64,000 nt of DNA. Origin: Synechococcales cyanobacterium VAR_4_metabat_354. GTDB taxonomy: Bacteria; Cyanobacteriota; Cyanobacteriia; Cyanobacteriales; Chamaesiphonaceae. Under the pieces are notes generated by a model. That model saw only the letters and a list, made by a program, of their open reading frames with translations, had not been told where the DNA came from and made no database searches. Position numbers and translations under genes: made by a program. The DNA is taken from contig JANOQI010000031.1 in assembly GCA_031414775.1 (NCBI GenBank), forward strand, positions 32,001 through 96,000, read 5' to 3'. Below, in pieces: positions 33,909 to 44,033 of this stretch (position 1 is the stretch's first letter; each line of letters starts with the position of its first letter).

Positions 33909-33952
33909 ATTGCCCACCAAAATCTGTCTCAACTAGTTTAGCTCAATGCTGA

Positions 33953-34798
33953 TTAATGCTGACAAGTGGGGCAGTAGTGGGTGCCCCGTCCAGCGGCTCT
34001 AATTTTGACAATCGCGGTGCCACATTTCCTACAGGGTTCCCCTTGGCGGTTATAAACCCAAGCTAACCCGGCATAATTGCCATTGGTGCCCTCGACATTG
34101 AGGTAGTTGCTAAAGGTGGTGCCACCGGCCTCGATCGAGTCTTGTAGCACCTGGATGATAGCCAATCGCAGAACTTTAAGCTGGGCTTTTTGTAGATCAC
34201 TCGTGGTGGCAGTAGGCTGAATCCCGCTCAAAAACAGCGACTCATCGGCGTAAATATTGCCCACCCCAGCTACCACCGTTTGATCTAGAATCGCCGCCTT
34301 GATTTGTCGCTGGGAGCGATGTAGTCGATCGATAAAATACTGGAGACTAAATTCCTTACTAAACGGTTCGGGACCCAACTTTCCTAGTCCGCTAATGATT
34401 AATTCTGGTTGCTTGGTGGCCGATAACCACCACATTTTGCCAAAGGTGCGCTGATCGATAAACCTTAGTTCCTGACCTTGGGGCATCAAAAATCTGACCC
34501 GAGCATGTTTTTCTAACTCTTTTGGCTCTGTTAGCCACAGCAACTGGCCAGTCATCCGCAAATGCACACCGAGCCATCCCCTGGGAGTACGATCAGCATT
34601 AACGCACTCTGCCAGCAAGTATTTGCCCCGACGTTGCCACTGCTTAATGATGGCGCCAGTCATGCCCTGTACAAAATCAGCGACATCGGGGTGAGCGATC
34701 GTACTGGCGCGTAGCACTTCGACCTTGGTGATTGATCGATCGATACTAAACTGCTGCAATCCACGCCGGACAGTTTCTACTTCTGGCAATTCAGGCAT
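33953..34798 (-). CDS. mutM: Formamidopyrimidine-DNA glycosylase
   Basis: MPELPEVE, HLRMTG, GVGNIYADE, C-terminal Zn finger. Confidence 0.96.
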   Translation of the reverse strand: MPELPEVETVRRGLQQFSIDRSITKVEVLRASTIAHPDVADFVQGMTGAIIKQWQRRGKYLLAECVNADRTPRGWLGVHLRMTGQLLWLTEPKELEKHARVRFLMPQGQELRFIDQRTFGKMWWLSATKQPELIISGLGKLGPEPFSKEFSLQYFIDRLHRSQRQIKAAILDQTVVAGVGNIYADESLFLSGIQPTATTSDLQKAQLKVLRLAIIQVLQDSIEAGGTTFSNYLNVEGTNGNYAGLAWVYNRQGEPCRKCGTAIVKIRAAGRGTHYCPTCQH

Positions 34799-34871
34799 GA
34801 ATTTACACAAATAAGGCCAGAGTCATTAAATCATTAATAACTCTAGCCTGGGAAGCAGATTGTTGAGCAAA

Positions 34872-35186
34872 TTAGCCTTCAGTATCAGCCGGAGCTTCAG
34901 CTTTAGGTGCTTCCACTTTAGAAGCAGCCGGCGGCTTGTTAGCCTTAGCCGCCGCTGGAGCTTTAGCTGGGAGGGGCGTACCCACTTCTGTTAACTCGCT
35001 AAGTGCAAAGTTATTAGTATTGATGCCGGTAGCTGAGCCACTGAAACCGCTGTAGTTAACTTTTTCAAAACGCACAATTACGTTGTATTTAATGCCACTC
35101 TGGTCGATGGAGGCAACGGTGCCAACATCATTGAACCAGTAAGATTCTTTACGTAAAATTCGCACTGTAGAACCGCGTTGTATCAT
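34872..35186 (-). CDS. psaE: Photosystem I subunit IV with Ala/Pro/Lys-rich C-terminal extension
   Basis: [23 protein letters not shown]...VRFEKVNY...TNNFA. Confidence 0.95.
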   Translation of the reverse strand: MIQRGSTVRILRKESYWFNDVGTVASIDQSGIKYNVIVRFEKVNYSGFSGSATGINTNNFALSELTEVGTPLPAKAPAAAKANKPPAASKVEAPKAEAPADTEG

Positions 35187-35268
35187 AACCGTTTTTTTTG
35201 ATGAAGTTTATACCGTCCAGATTACTACTCTAACTGGCGGTACAAGACTATTTAAACTTTAAGTTTTA

Positions 35269-35511
35269 TTAAAGATCGCTAGTTTTAGTGGTGCTTAAAG
35301 CCACCACACTCAGAGTAGTAAAGACTGGCAGCGCTAGTTTTGGGCCAATGGCCGAACCAGATATAATGCAGGCTGCTAGCGCCGTGACCGCATATTTTTT
35401 GCGACCTTGATGGCGGGCGATCGAAAAGGGAATTAGTCCTACTAAACCACCAAAAATGGTGCCAAAACCAACTAATTGTTCAATAGAATCAGGCATGGTG
35501 GTATATCTCAA
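35269..35511 (-). CDS. Small membrane hypothetical protein
   Basis: Hydrophobic 75-80 aa ORF filling the intergenic gap; ATG at 35496 possible. Confidence 0.55.
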   Translation of the reverse strand: MRYTTMPDSIEQLVGFGTIFGGLVGLIPFSIARHQGRKKYAVTALAACIISGSAIGPKLALPVFTTLSVVALSTTKTSDL

Positions 35512-35608
35512 ATTTGATAGTGATTTACGTTGCCGCGCTTACAAATTAAAATGCCCAGAATGTTGACTGGTTCACCAGGCATAATTTTCAAACAGTAATG
35601 CTAATAAA

Positions 35609-36823
35609 CTAGATCTGCTTATGATATACTGGCTGAGTAACGATTTGGCGGATTGCTATTAAGCTTTCTGGATCATCATTGAGCAGTGTGACATAAGCTT
35701 CGCCCGGTGTTTCTATTTCACTGGATAGTTCCTCTAATAAATCCTGTTTTTTTTGCACCGTGGAAATTTGCTGTCGATCGAAGATAATACCTAACTGATA
35801 AGTATTCATAACTGGTAAAGATTTGATCGATGCGATTTTTAATAGATAAGTAGCTTGGATCGCCGCATGATGAGTAAGCTGTTGCACAATATCAGCTACT
35901 TGTTGATCGTCTAAATCATGTGCTTGGTAAGTAATTTCATTATTTGTAAAATTCTCAGTAGCGAGAGAAATTGCCAATTTCAATTGCTGATATTCAGCAG
36001 GCGATAGAATAGCAGATTCCACTTCTTGTATTTGGAGTTGACCTTTTTTATTAACCACCGTGGAATTAATGGAGAGCAACACTTCTTGCTGTCCGGTAGC
36101 AGCCACTGTTTTGGTATAAAGTTCTAAACTCCCGGCTTCTACTTTCTTGACCTGGGTATTGATCAAGATACCAGCCTCGCTCAACTGCGGAATTTTAATT
36201 AATACTAAAAATTCGTTCGCGGCCGCAGTTGTTATATTGCCTAAACGAGTTTTGTGCTGATACCAATCGTTAGAACTTTCACAAAAAGCCTCGGTGGCCA
36301 TCGCGCGCGGCATGGATATTGCTAAGTAAGAAATAATTGCTAATTCTACTAGCCAGTAGATCCCGGTGCCCGTTTCACCCATATCTTTGATGTTATAACG
36401 AGCAATCCGAACAATACCTAAACCTTTTTGATCCGGCACCGGAGTTTTATTGGTTGTTGTATTAGCCCCCGCAGAGATTGCTGGAGCTTGGGGTAATGAT
36501 TTGCGAGATTCAGCAAATTCTAGCCCCCGTAACGTGCCAAAAATGGTCAGCCCGGTCAGCAGTCCAAATAAGCTAGCTACCAACGGATTGCGGACTTTGC
36601 CAGATTTAACCGCCCATTTACTAAGCACGCCGCCCATGATGCCCATCCCGATTGGAAATAGGATAACTAGGTAAAAAAGTAGGGCAATTAGGTAAGTAAT
36701 GCCACCCGCAGCCGCACCGCCTACCAGAGCCGCTAATGTCATTTTTAGGAGGCCACTCTGCGGAACTATATTACTCGATTGGTAAGATTTCATATAATTG
36801 ATATCAAGTTGGCTAACTGCCAC
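35609..36823 (-). CDS. Hypothetical membrane protein
   Basis: 404-aa ORF with N-terminal TM helices; start uncertain. Confidence 0.75.
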   Translation of the reverse strand: MAVSQLDINYMKSYQSSNIVPQSGLLKMTLAALVGGAAAGGITYLIALLFYLVILFPIGMGIMGGVLSKWAVKSGKVRNPLVASLFGLLTGLTIFGTLRGLEFAESRKSLPQAPAISAGANTTTNKTPVPDQKGLGIVRIARYNIKDMGETGTGIYWLVELAIISYLAISMPRAMATEAFCESSNDWYQHKTRLGNITTAAANEFLVLIKIPQLSEAGILINTQVKKVEAGSLELYTKTVAATGQQEVLLSINSTVVNKKGQLQIQEVESAILSPAEYQQLKLAISLATENFTNNEITYQAHDLDDQQVADIVQQLTHHAAIQATYLLKIASIKSLPVMNTYQLGIIFDRQQISTVQKKQDLLEELSSEIETPGEAYVTLLNDDPESLIAIRQIVTQPVYHKQI

Positions 36824-37001
36824 CGCTGCCGGTTAATGCGATCATCTTAGTTTTCTGACCTTTGTTGATGGTCATTGTGCCTGCAAAGCCAAAACAATTA
36901 CACTTTTTGATCACCAAAAAGATTTTTCAACGACACATAAACCATTATCAATAGCTAGAATTGGCTTTTCATCGCCATTCTTCAGAGATAAAACCCCGAA
37001 A

Positions 37002-37292
37002 CTAACCTTCCGCTTCACGCTTAATGGCTGCCTCCCCTCCAATTTTGGCAGCCACCCAACCCAAAGTCCCCACCACCACCACGGCAATTACGGTAGCGGC
37101 AATGGCATAAGTGTAGAGAGCTGATAAAGATTTACCTTGACCCATAATTTCTTGAACATGGGTTTTGATCGCCTCATTCCAGGCCAAAGCTGCGACCAAC
37201 CCCAAAGAAGCAGAGGAGAGCGTAATCATGGTTTGGAGAAACATCCGCACAGTTTCTAAGGATTTGGCTGTAATGTTATTGCGTCTGGACAT
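37002..37292 (-). CDS. DUF5654-like small membrane protein
   Basis: LGLVAALAWNEAIK motif, two TM helices. Confidence 0.75.
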   Translation of the reverse strand: MSRRNNITAKSLETVRMFLQTMITLSSASLGLVAALAWNEAIKTHVQEIMGQGKSLSALYTYAIAATVIAVVVVGTLGWVAAKIGGEAAIKREAEG

Positions 37293-37420
37293 AGTATTTC
37301 TATCAAAACAGTGCCACAGATATTAACAGGAGTTTGCCTCATCTGCAAAGAGTGTCCACATTGGATCGGATGCGAGGCGGTTTGGATTATCATGTGGGTT
37401 CTGTTGCCCAGCCTTTCTCC

Positions 37421-39898
37421 ATGAAATCCCTGCAATCTGATGTCATCAATCATTCATCAATCACGGCGGCCAACTGGGTGGAAGTTCTAGTCGATTGCCC
37501 AGGTTTACAGGGACTTTACACTTATCAAAAACCCCATAGCACTGACATCCAAGCTGGGGATATTGTATCGGTGCCTTTTGGGAATCGCACTCTGGGCGGA
37601 ATTGTGGTGCAGCTCATGACCCAACTGCCGCCGGGATTGGCGGTAGAGCAAATTAAAGAAGTGAGCGAAGTCGTCTGCACCGGATTTTTCTCGATCAATT
37701 ACTGGGATTTATTATTGCGGGTCGCCGATTACTACCATACGCCCCTGCTTCAGGTGATTCGAATTGCGCTGCCACCGGGGATTTTGAACAGATCCCAGCG
37801 CCGGGTGCGGCTCATCGCCAAAAAACACCTGATTGAACAATCGCTGCCCAACTTGAATGCTACTGCTTGCCAGCTGTTAGCACTCTTACAAGCTAGCCCG
37901 GACGGTGATTACACTTGGCAGTTCCTAACCCGCAAAGTACGTAATAGTCGATCGGGGATGCAGCAACTTCATAATTTAAAAATAGTAGCCTCTTATATCG
38001 AGCGCCCCAAGCTGGCCAAACCCAAGCAACAGCAGGTCATTATTCTGACCGGCGATCCGCGCAATTTAGAATTAACCAAACGGCAAAAAGAAGTGCTGCT
38101 GTGTTTACAGCAACAAAGCGGCGAAATGCTCTGGTCAGAATTTCAAAAAATTGCCCACACCAGCAAAGGGTTTGTCGAAAAATTAGCGAGTGATGGCTAT
38201 GTGCAGATTGTCGATCGAGAAATTTTACGGCGCGATCAAACAGCCGGAATTTGGCAAGAAGATATTCAGCACCAGTTGACTGCTGACCAAGCCCAGGCGA
38301 TCGACAAAATTGAGAATTTGTTGCATACCTCTACCACAATTTTGCTCCACGGGGTAACGGGTTCTGGTAAAACCGAAGTCTATCTGCGCACCATCCAAAC
38401 TGTCTTAAATCATCAACAATCAGTACTGATGTTGGTGCCAGAGATTGGTCTTACACCCCAGTTAACCGACAGATTTCGGGCGCGGTTTGGCGACAGAGTA
38501 TTGGTCTATCACAGTGCCTTGAGTGACGGTGAACGCTATGACACCTGGCGACAGATGCTTTTGCCCCAACCCCAAATTATTATTGGCACCAGATCAGCGA
38601 TCTTTGCCCCGCTCCCCAACTTGGGGTTAATCGTGCTGGATGAAGAGCATGACGGTAGCTTTAAGCAGGATCAACCGATGCCTACTTATCACGCCCGGTT
38701 GGTGGCTGAGTGGCGATCGACACTCGCCAACTGTCCGTTGGTGTTGGGTTCGGCGACTCCGGCGCTCGAAAGCTGGGTGGCTGCTACCGATCGCCCGAAT
38801 TGGCACTATCTCTCCTTACCTGAGCGGGTGACTGGTCGCGACCTGCCCACTGTCGATGTGGTAGATATGCGTGAGGAACTGAAAAACGGCAATCGATCGA
38901 TCTTTAGTCAATCACTACAAACGGCTCTGGCCGATCTAAAGTCTGGTCAAGAGCAAGCCATTTTATTTATTCATCGACGCGGCCATAGTACTTTTGTTAG
39001 TTGTCGGGCTTGCGGTAATACCTTAGACTGTCCCCATTGTGATGTGTCTTTGGCTTACCATCAGCATTCGGTGGATAGCAATAACCAGCCCCTGTTGCGC
39101 TGTCACTACTGTAACCACTTAGCCGTTCAGCCCAAGCGTTGTCCTGTTTGCGATTCACCGCAGCTCAAGTTTTTTGGTAGTGGCACCCAAAAAGTGACTG
39201 AAGAATTAGCTAAAAGCTGTCCAGAATTGCGCTGCTTACGGTTTGATAGCGACACGACCCGCAATAAAGGTGCTCATCGTAAAATTTTGACTAGCTTTGC
39301 CCAGGGAGAAGCTGATGTGCTGGTGGGCACACAGATGCTAGCCAAGGGTATCGATTTGCCCCAAGTTACCCTGGTGGGAATTGTGACGGCCGATGGATTG
39401 TTGAACATGCCAGATTATCGATCGGCTGAACGTACTTTTCAGGTTTTAACTCAGGTGGCAGGACGTTGTGGGCGGGGCGAACAGCCCGGTCGCGCCATTT
39501 TACAAACATACAATCCGGAGCATTCGACAATTCAGGCGGTGCGGAGCCAAAATTATCAGCAGTTTATTGATCAAGAATTGGTGGCTCGCGAGCAGTGGGC
39601 TTACCCACCCTACGGTCGAATTGTGCTTTTGCGTTTTAGTAGTGCCGATGCCGAGTTGGTGGAAGCCGTCACCGAGCGGGTGGCTGAGCAACTGATCACG
39701 GTGGCAGCTGATCGATATCAAGTATTAGGTCCCACCCCCGCTGTAGTGATGCGGGTGGCCAATCGGTATCGCTGGCAGATTATGCTAAAGTACTGGCCGG
39801 AAGCATCGATCCAACTGCCCGATGTAGCTACTATTTACGATAGCTTGGGGGACAAAGTAAGTATGTCGATCGATGTGGAACCGTTAAACTTTTTGTAG
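37421..39898 (+). CDS. priA: Primosomal protein N'
   Basis: GVTGSGKTEVY, DEEH, SATP, two CxxC-pair Zn clusters, QVAGR.GR; ATG at 37421 preferred. Confidence 0.95.
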   Translation: MKSLQSDVINHSSITAANWVEVLVDCPGLQGLYTYQKPHSTDIQAGDIVSVPFGNRTLGGIVVQLMTQLPPGLAVEQIKEVSEVVCTGFFSINYWDLLLRVADYYHTPLLQVIRIALPPGILNRSQRRVRLIAKKHLIEQSLPNLNATACQLLALLQASPDGDYTWQFLTRKVRNSRSGMQQLHNLKIVASYIERPKLAKPKQQQVIILTGDPRNLELTKRQKEVLLCLQQQSGEMLWSEFQKIAHTSKGFVEKLASDGYVQIVDREILRRDQTAGIWQEDIQHQLTADQAQAIDKIENLLHTSTTILLHGVTGSGKTEVYLRTIQTVLNHQQSVLMLVPEIGLTPQLTDRFRARFGDRVLVYHSALSDGERYDTWRQMLLPQPQIIIGTRSAIFAPLPNLGLIVLDEEHDGSFKQDQPMPTYHARLVAEWRSTLANCPLVLGSATPALESWVAATDRPNWHYLSLPERVTGRDLPTVDVVDMREELKNGNRSIFSQSLQTALADLKSGQEQAILFIHRRGHSTFVSCRACGNTLDCPHCDVSLAYHQHSVDSNNQPLLRCHYCNHLAVQPKRCPVCDSPQLKFFGSGTQKVTEELAKSCPELRCLRFDSDTTRNKGAHRKILTSFAQGEADVLVGTQMLAKGIDLPQVTLVGIVTADGLLNMPDYRSAERTFQVLTQVAGRCGRGEQPGRAILQTYNPEHSTIQAVRSQNYQQFIDQELVAREQWAYPPYGRIVLLRFSSADAELVEAVTERVAEQLITVAADRYQVLGPTPAVVMRVANRYRWQIMLKYWPEASIQLPDVATIYDSLGDKVSMSIDVEPLNFL

Positions 39899-39917
39899 GG
39901 CTAGTGGTAAGAATCTG

Positions 39918-40541
39918 ATGCGAGTCAAAATCTGTGGCATTACGAAGTTAGAGCAAGGGCGATCGATCGCGAAACTAGGAGCCACTGACCTAGGATTTAT
40001 CTGTGTGGCGGCTTCACCGCGCTATGTGAGCAATAAACAATTAGCAGACTTAGTGCCACCTTTAGCTCCACTAGTGAACTGCGTGGGTGTGTTTGCAGAT
40101 GCGACCATCGCCACCGTCGTAGAAACTACCCAGATTGCCAACTTTGGTTCAGTACAACTACATGGCCAAGAAACCTCCTCCTACTGCCAAGAACTCCGGC
40201 AACAGTTGGATAAACTTGAAATTATTAAGGCTTGGCGGGTCAAAAGTAATGAAGATTTAAAAGTGATCGGTAGGTACAGTGCGGTAGTTGATACCCTATT
40301 GCTAGATGCCTACCATCCCCAGGCTTTAGGCGGAACTGGGCACACCTTAGATTGGCCGCAATTACTGGAGTTTAATCCAACCGTGCCCTGGTTCTTAGCA
40401 GGTGGCTTAAACCCCGACAATGTTCGATCGGCACTGTCCCAACTGCAACCAGCAGGCATTGATCTTTCTAGTGGGGTGGAAATTAGTCCTGGCCATAAAG
40501 ACTTAAAGCAAGTAAAGAGGTTGTTTCAGGCATTAATTTAA
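39918..40541 (+). CDS. trpF: Phosphoribosylanthranilate isomerase
   Basis: VKICGIT, QLHG.E, GGTG, LAGGL, DLSSGVE. Confidence 0.95.
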   Translation: MRVKICGITKLEQGRSIAKLGATDLGFICVAASPRYVSNKQLADLVPPLAPLVNCVGVFADATIATVVETTQIANFGSVQLHGQETSSYCQELRQQLDKLEIIKAWRVKSNEDLKVIGRYSAVVDTLLLDAYHPQALGGTGHTLDWPQLLEFNPTVPWFLAGGLNPDNVRSALSQLQPAGIDLSSGVEISPGHKDLKQVKRLFQALI

Positions 40542-40560
40542 GACATGATTAGGTGAAATA

Positions 40561-41856
40561 TTAATCTTCAATCCGGCGCTCTAAAGCATCGATATCAGCT
40601 AGCATTCCTTCAGCCTTGGCCAGAGCATTGATCGCTCGTTCTAGTTTGCCAAGTGAAGTTGATGAATACTCAATGAGATTAGAATATTTCATGAAATTCT
40701 CCACTCCCAGACCACTGCTAAAGCTGGCCGTGCCAGAGGTCGGGACACTAGAATTTGGTCCAGCAATATAGTTGTTTACGGCGGTGGGGGTATGACCACC
40801 CAGCAATATCGTGCCCGCATGTCGGAACGAACTTGCTAACTCCCACGGCTCTTCCACCCACAGCATTACCTGGGAAGGGGCAAACTGGTTGGTTAACTCC
40901 ACCGCTTGACTGATTTTGTCTACTACCACAATTAGACAATGATGGGCGATCGCTTTTTCGGTGAGGAGTGATTGGGACCTATCGGCTAGTTGCTTGGCCA
41001 CAATCAGCTGTACTTGCTCGGCCAAATCTCGATCATTGGTGATCAAAATCGCAGCGGCTAAGATATCGCGGGCGGCTTGCGCCAATAAATCGGCGGCAAT
41101 AATCCCGGCGCGGGCTTGCTCATCGGCCACAATCACCAATTCTGGAGAACAGGCGATCGCATCGATCCCCACTACGCCAGAGACCAGTTGCTTGGCTAAT
41201 GTCACATACATATTGCCAGGACCAGCAATTAAATCCACCTTGGGAATGGTCTCCGTCCCATAGGCTAAGGCGGCGATGGCCTGTGCGCCGCCGACCCGAT
41301 AAATTTCTTTCACCCCGGCAACTTGCGCGGCCACTAATACAGCTGCTGGTATCGAGCCGTCGGCATTAGGGGGGGTGACCATCACTAAGCGCCCCACCCC
41401 GGCAACTTGTGCCGGAATGGCATTCATCAGCACCGTACTGGGATAACCCATCCGGCCCCGGGGAATATACAGTCCCGCTCGATCGACTGGTCGGTATTGA
41501 CGACCCAACGTGACATCATCTGGCGCAAAATGCACCCAAGACTTGGGTAAGTGCAATCGATGAAAGGCCGTAATTTGAGCGGCGGCCACTTCCATAGCTT
41601 GCAAGAGTTCAGGGGAAACTTGTTGATAAGCCACATCCAAATCCGATCCACTGACCCGCAGCTGATCAATGGGTAAGCTCTGACAGTCGTACTCGGCGGT
41701 GTATTGAAGTAGCGCACTATCTCCTTGTCGCCGCACTGTCTGGATGATTTCTCTGACGGTTGCCTCTTTATGGACAACTTGGTCATCTTGGTGGCGAGAG
41801 CGGATTCGAGCCAACTCTTGCTGGGCTTCAGCCAGCTGAGTAATAATGCGCAGCAT
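40561..41856 (-). CDS. hisD: Histidinol dehydrogenase homolog, predicted catalytically inactive
   Basis: Full-length HisD fold (MLRIITQ, YPSTVLMNAIPA, GGAQAIAALAYG, GPGN.YV), but AEHD, PEH, GDY, NHTLP and the C-terminal His motifs are substituted. Confidence 0.85.
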   Translation of the reverse strand: MLRIITQLAEAQQELARIRSRHQDDQVVHKEATVREIIQTVRRQGDSALLQYTAEYDCQSLPIDQLRVSGSDLDVAYQQVSPELLQAMEVAAAQITAFHRLHLPKSWVHFAPDDVTLGRQYRPVDRAGLYIPRGRMGYPSTVLMNAIPAQVAGVGRLVMVTPPNADGSIPAAVLVAAQVAGVKEIYRVGGAQAIAALAYGTETIPKVDLIAGPGNMYVTLAKQLVSGVVGIDAIACSPELVIVADEQARAGIIAADLLAQAARDILAAAILITNDRDLAEQVQLIVAKQLADRSQSLLTEKAIAHHCLIVVVDKISQAVELTNQFAPSQVMLWVEEPWELASSFRHAGTILLGGHTPTAVNNYIAGPNSSVPTSGTASFSSGLGVENFMKYSNLIEYSSTSLGKLERAINALAKAEGMLADIDALERRIED

Positions 41857-41991
41857 GGTGTGGATCGCCAAGGTAATGGTTCTCCTAGCTTAACGCGATT
41901 TTATGGGGTTCAGCTAATTTACTCTTAGGAAAGCTGTGACAGAAGATTTATACTAGAACTGGACAAATTCCAACACCTTCAAGCAATTAAT

Positions 41992-42627
41992 ATGAGCCTG
42001 GAACAGACATTATTATCGGAGCAAAATGTGGAATCGGTAATGCAAGCTTTTGAGCATGAAGGCGCGAGTGTTCGGGCATCTATGCGCTATTTAATGCAAG
42101 ATAAGGAAACAATCGCGGCTGGTTTATTATTGTGCCTATCTTTTTTAAGAGGCCAACAAATTAAAGGTGCTGTAATCAAAGAATTAAAAAAAGTTGAGCC
42201 AGCCCAATTCAATCAAGGTTTAATTGATTTTCAGCTATTGTGCTCGATCGATGGGATGTCTACTAATGTTGGGATCATAGTATTAACAGAATCGTCAACC
42301 AGCGAGCTTTGCACTGATTTGAATCGATTATTTTCTTATAAAGATTTTGGCCTAAATCGTCTTTATATTCTCCGTCCAGCGACACTAATTGATAGTAATC
42401 CACAGGTTCAAAATCATTTGTCTCGGCTATTATCACCAGAAATAGGTGGTAGCTTAATAGATTTACAAATGAATGCGTTGGAAATGATTTTGACAATTTT
42501 GTTTGTTTTTCGAGGGCGACAAAAGTATGCAATTGATACTTCCGATCTGACAAAATATCTAGAGAAAGAAAATATTTTGTCAAGCAACTCCATTATTCGG
42601 AGTTTGTTTATAAATCAGATCGGTTAA
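41992..42627 (+). CDS. Hypothetical protein
   Basis: 211-aa AT-rich ORF filling the gap; no motif recognised. Confidence 0.7.
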   Translation: MSLEQTLLSEQNVESVMQAFEHEGASVRASMRYLMQDKETIAAGLLLCLSFLRGQQIKGAVIKELKKVEPAQFNQGLIDFQLLCSIDGMSTNVGIIVLTESSTSELCTDLNRLFSYKDFGLNRLYILRPATLIDSNPQVQNHLSRLLSPEIGGSLIDLQMNALEMILTILFVFRGRQKYAIDTSDLTKYLEKENILSSNSIIRSLFINQIG

Positions 42628-42653
42628 TAATCGCGATCACAAAATTTTAGTCT

Positions 42654-43220
42654 TTAAGAACTGACCGAGGCTGCTAATCTTTCTTTATCCAGTCGGCGCT
42701 TGCGGGCATAGAGCTGAATACTAGCCGCAAAAGCGATCGCCATGGCCACCACCACATAACCAGTAGCATCGCGGGGAATATCGTTTTTAAAGATCGCCAG
42801 CAGTACAATCACCACCAAAAAGAAAGTGGGAAACTCATTAAACCAGCGAAACTGTTGAGCACTCAAAGGTGTTTCACCTGCTTCTAGTTGATTGATAATG
42901 CGCTGGCAGTAAAAATGATAGCCAATCATAATCAGTACTAAGCCCATCTTGACATGGAGCCAAGTTTGTTTTAGTAACTCCGGGGCATAGTACAGCATCC
43001 CGGCCGCCATCAGCAGTGTCACTACCATTGCTGGAGTCATGATAATCTTCATCAACCGTTTTTCCATGATCGAATACTGCTTTTGAAGAATCTCTCGTGC
43101 CGCTTCGGGCTGTTCGTTAGCTTCAGTGTGATAGACAAACAAGCGCGGTAGATAGAATAAACCGGCAAACCAGGACACAAACGCAACAATATGAAACGAC
43201 TTAAACCATAAATAAGCCAT
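42654..43220 (-). CDS. hemJ: Protoporphyrinogen oxidase HemJ
   Basis: WFKSFHI...WFAGLFYLPRLFVYH, MEKRL, WLHVK, FRWFNE; ATG at 43220. Confidence 0.93.
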   Translation of the reverse strand: MAYLWFKSFHIVAFVSWFAGLFYLPRLFVYHTEANEQPEAAREILQKQYSIMEKRLMKIIMTPAMVVTLLMAAGMLYYAPELLKQTWLHVKMGLVLIMIGYHFYCQRIINQLEAGETPLSAQQFRWFNEFPTFFLVVIVLLAIFKNDIPRDATGYVVVAMAIAFAASIQLYARKRRLDKERLAASVSS

Positions 43221-43315
43221 GGATGACTCCCAGAAAACAGCGACTAAGCTTTCAGGGTATGAAAAAACCGTCAAGAAAACGACGGTTCAGTAGCAAAATT
43301 TAATATTGGGCAGCT

Positions 43316-43978
43316 TTAAGGAGCAGATGTTGTCATCCGACTAATCAACATTTGCTTCAGTGCTGCCATCTGTTCAGCGGAAGCTTGGGTGGCTGACCAA
43401 GAAGGGCGAAGAGTCAGTCGATCGAGCCAAGCATTCAATTTGGGGAAGGCGTCTAGCCTGATATCAGCCGCGCCTAGATAAGAAATTACGGTGCCAGCTA
43501 CTGGCTCAGCTAAGGTAATGGTATTGCTGCCAAAGAAAGGTCGATCGTCTAATAAGCCTTCCAAGAACTGCAAATTAGTGTTGATTTTCTGAACGGCCTT
43601 AGCGACCTGTGCCGGATCGCCCTCGCCTAACCCCAGCATTTTGGGATACAACGGGATCAGCGCTGGACCCAGCTCATTGACTGTGACCATCTCTACCATC
43701 CGCACCTTGGCTAGATCAGCAGGATCATTCGGTAACATGCTGGGCTGAGGATATTTGGATTCTAAGTAATCGAGAATTGCCAAGGATTCAATAACTTTCA
43801 TCTCACCATCTACCAGTACTGGAATGTGGTGAAAAGGATTGAGGGCTAAAAATTCGGGCTGAAACTGTTGACCATTCAGTTGAACTTCTTCTATTTGGAA
43901 GTCCAGTCCCTTTTCCAGGAGAGTTATCCACACCCGGCGCGAATTAAAGGAAATAGCAGTCTGGTAAAGCTTAATCAT
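43316..43978 (-). CDS. Glutathione S-transferase
   Basis: LNPFHHIPVL, ESLAILDYLE, TLAE. Confidence 0.9.
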   Translation of the reverse strand: MIKLYQTAISFNSRRVWITLLEKGLDFQIEEVQLNGQQFQPEFLALNPFHHIPVLVDGEMKVIESLAILDYLESKYPQPSMLPNDPADLAKVRMVEMVTVNELGPALIPLYPKMLGLGEGDPAQVAKAVQKINTNLQFLEGLLDDRPFFGSNTITLAEPVAGTVISYLGAADIRLDAFPKLNAWLDRLTLRPSWSATQASAEQMAALKQMLISRMTTSAP

Positions 43979-44033
43979 AGAAACATCGCGGCAAGTGTTG
44001 ATTTCTGTTTATGATTGCCGTACTACTGTGTAG

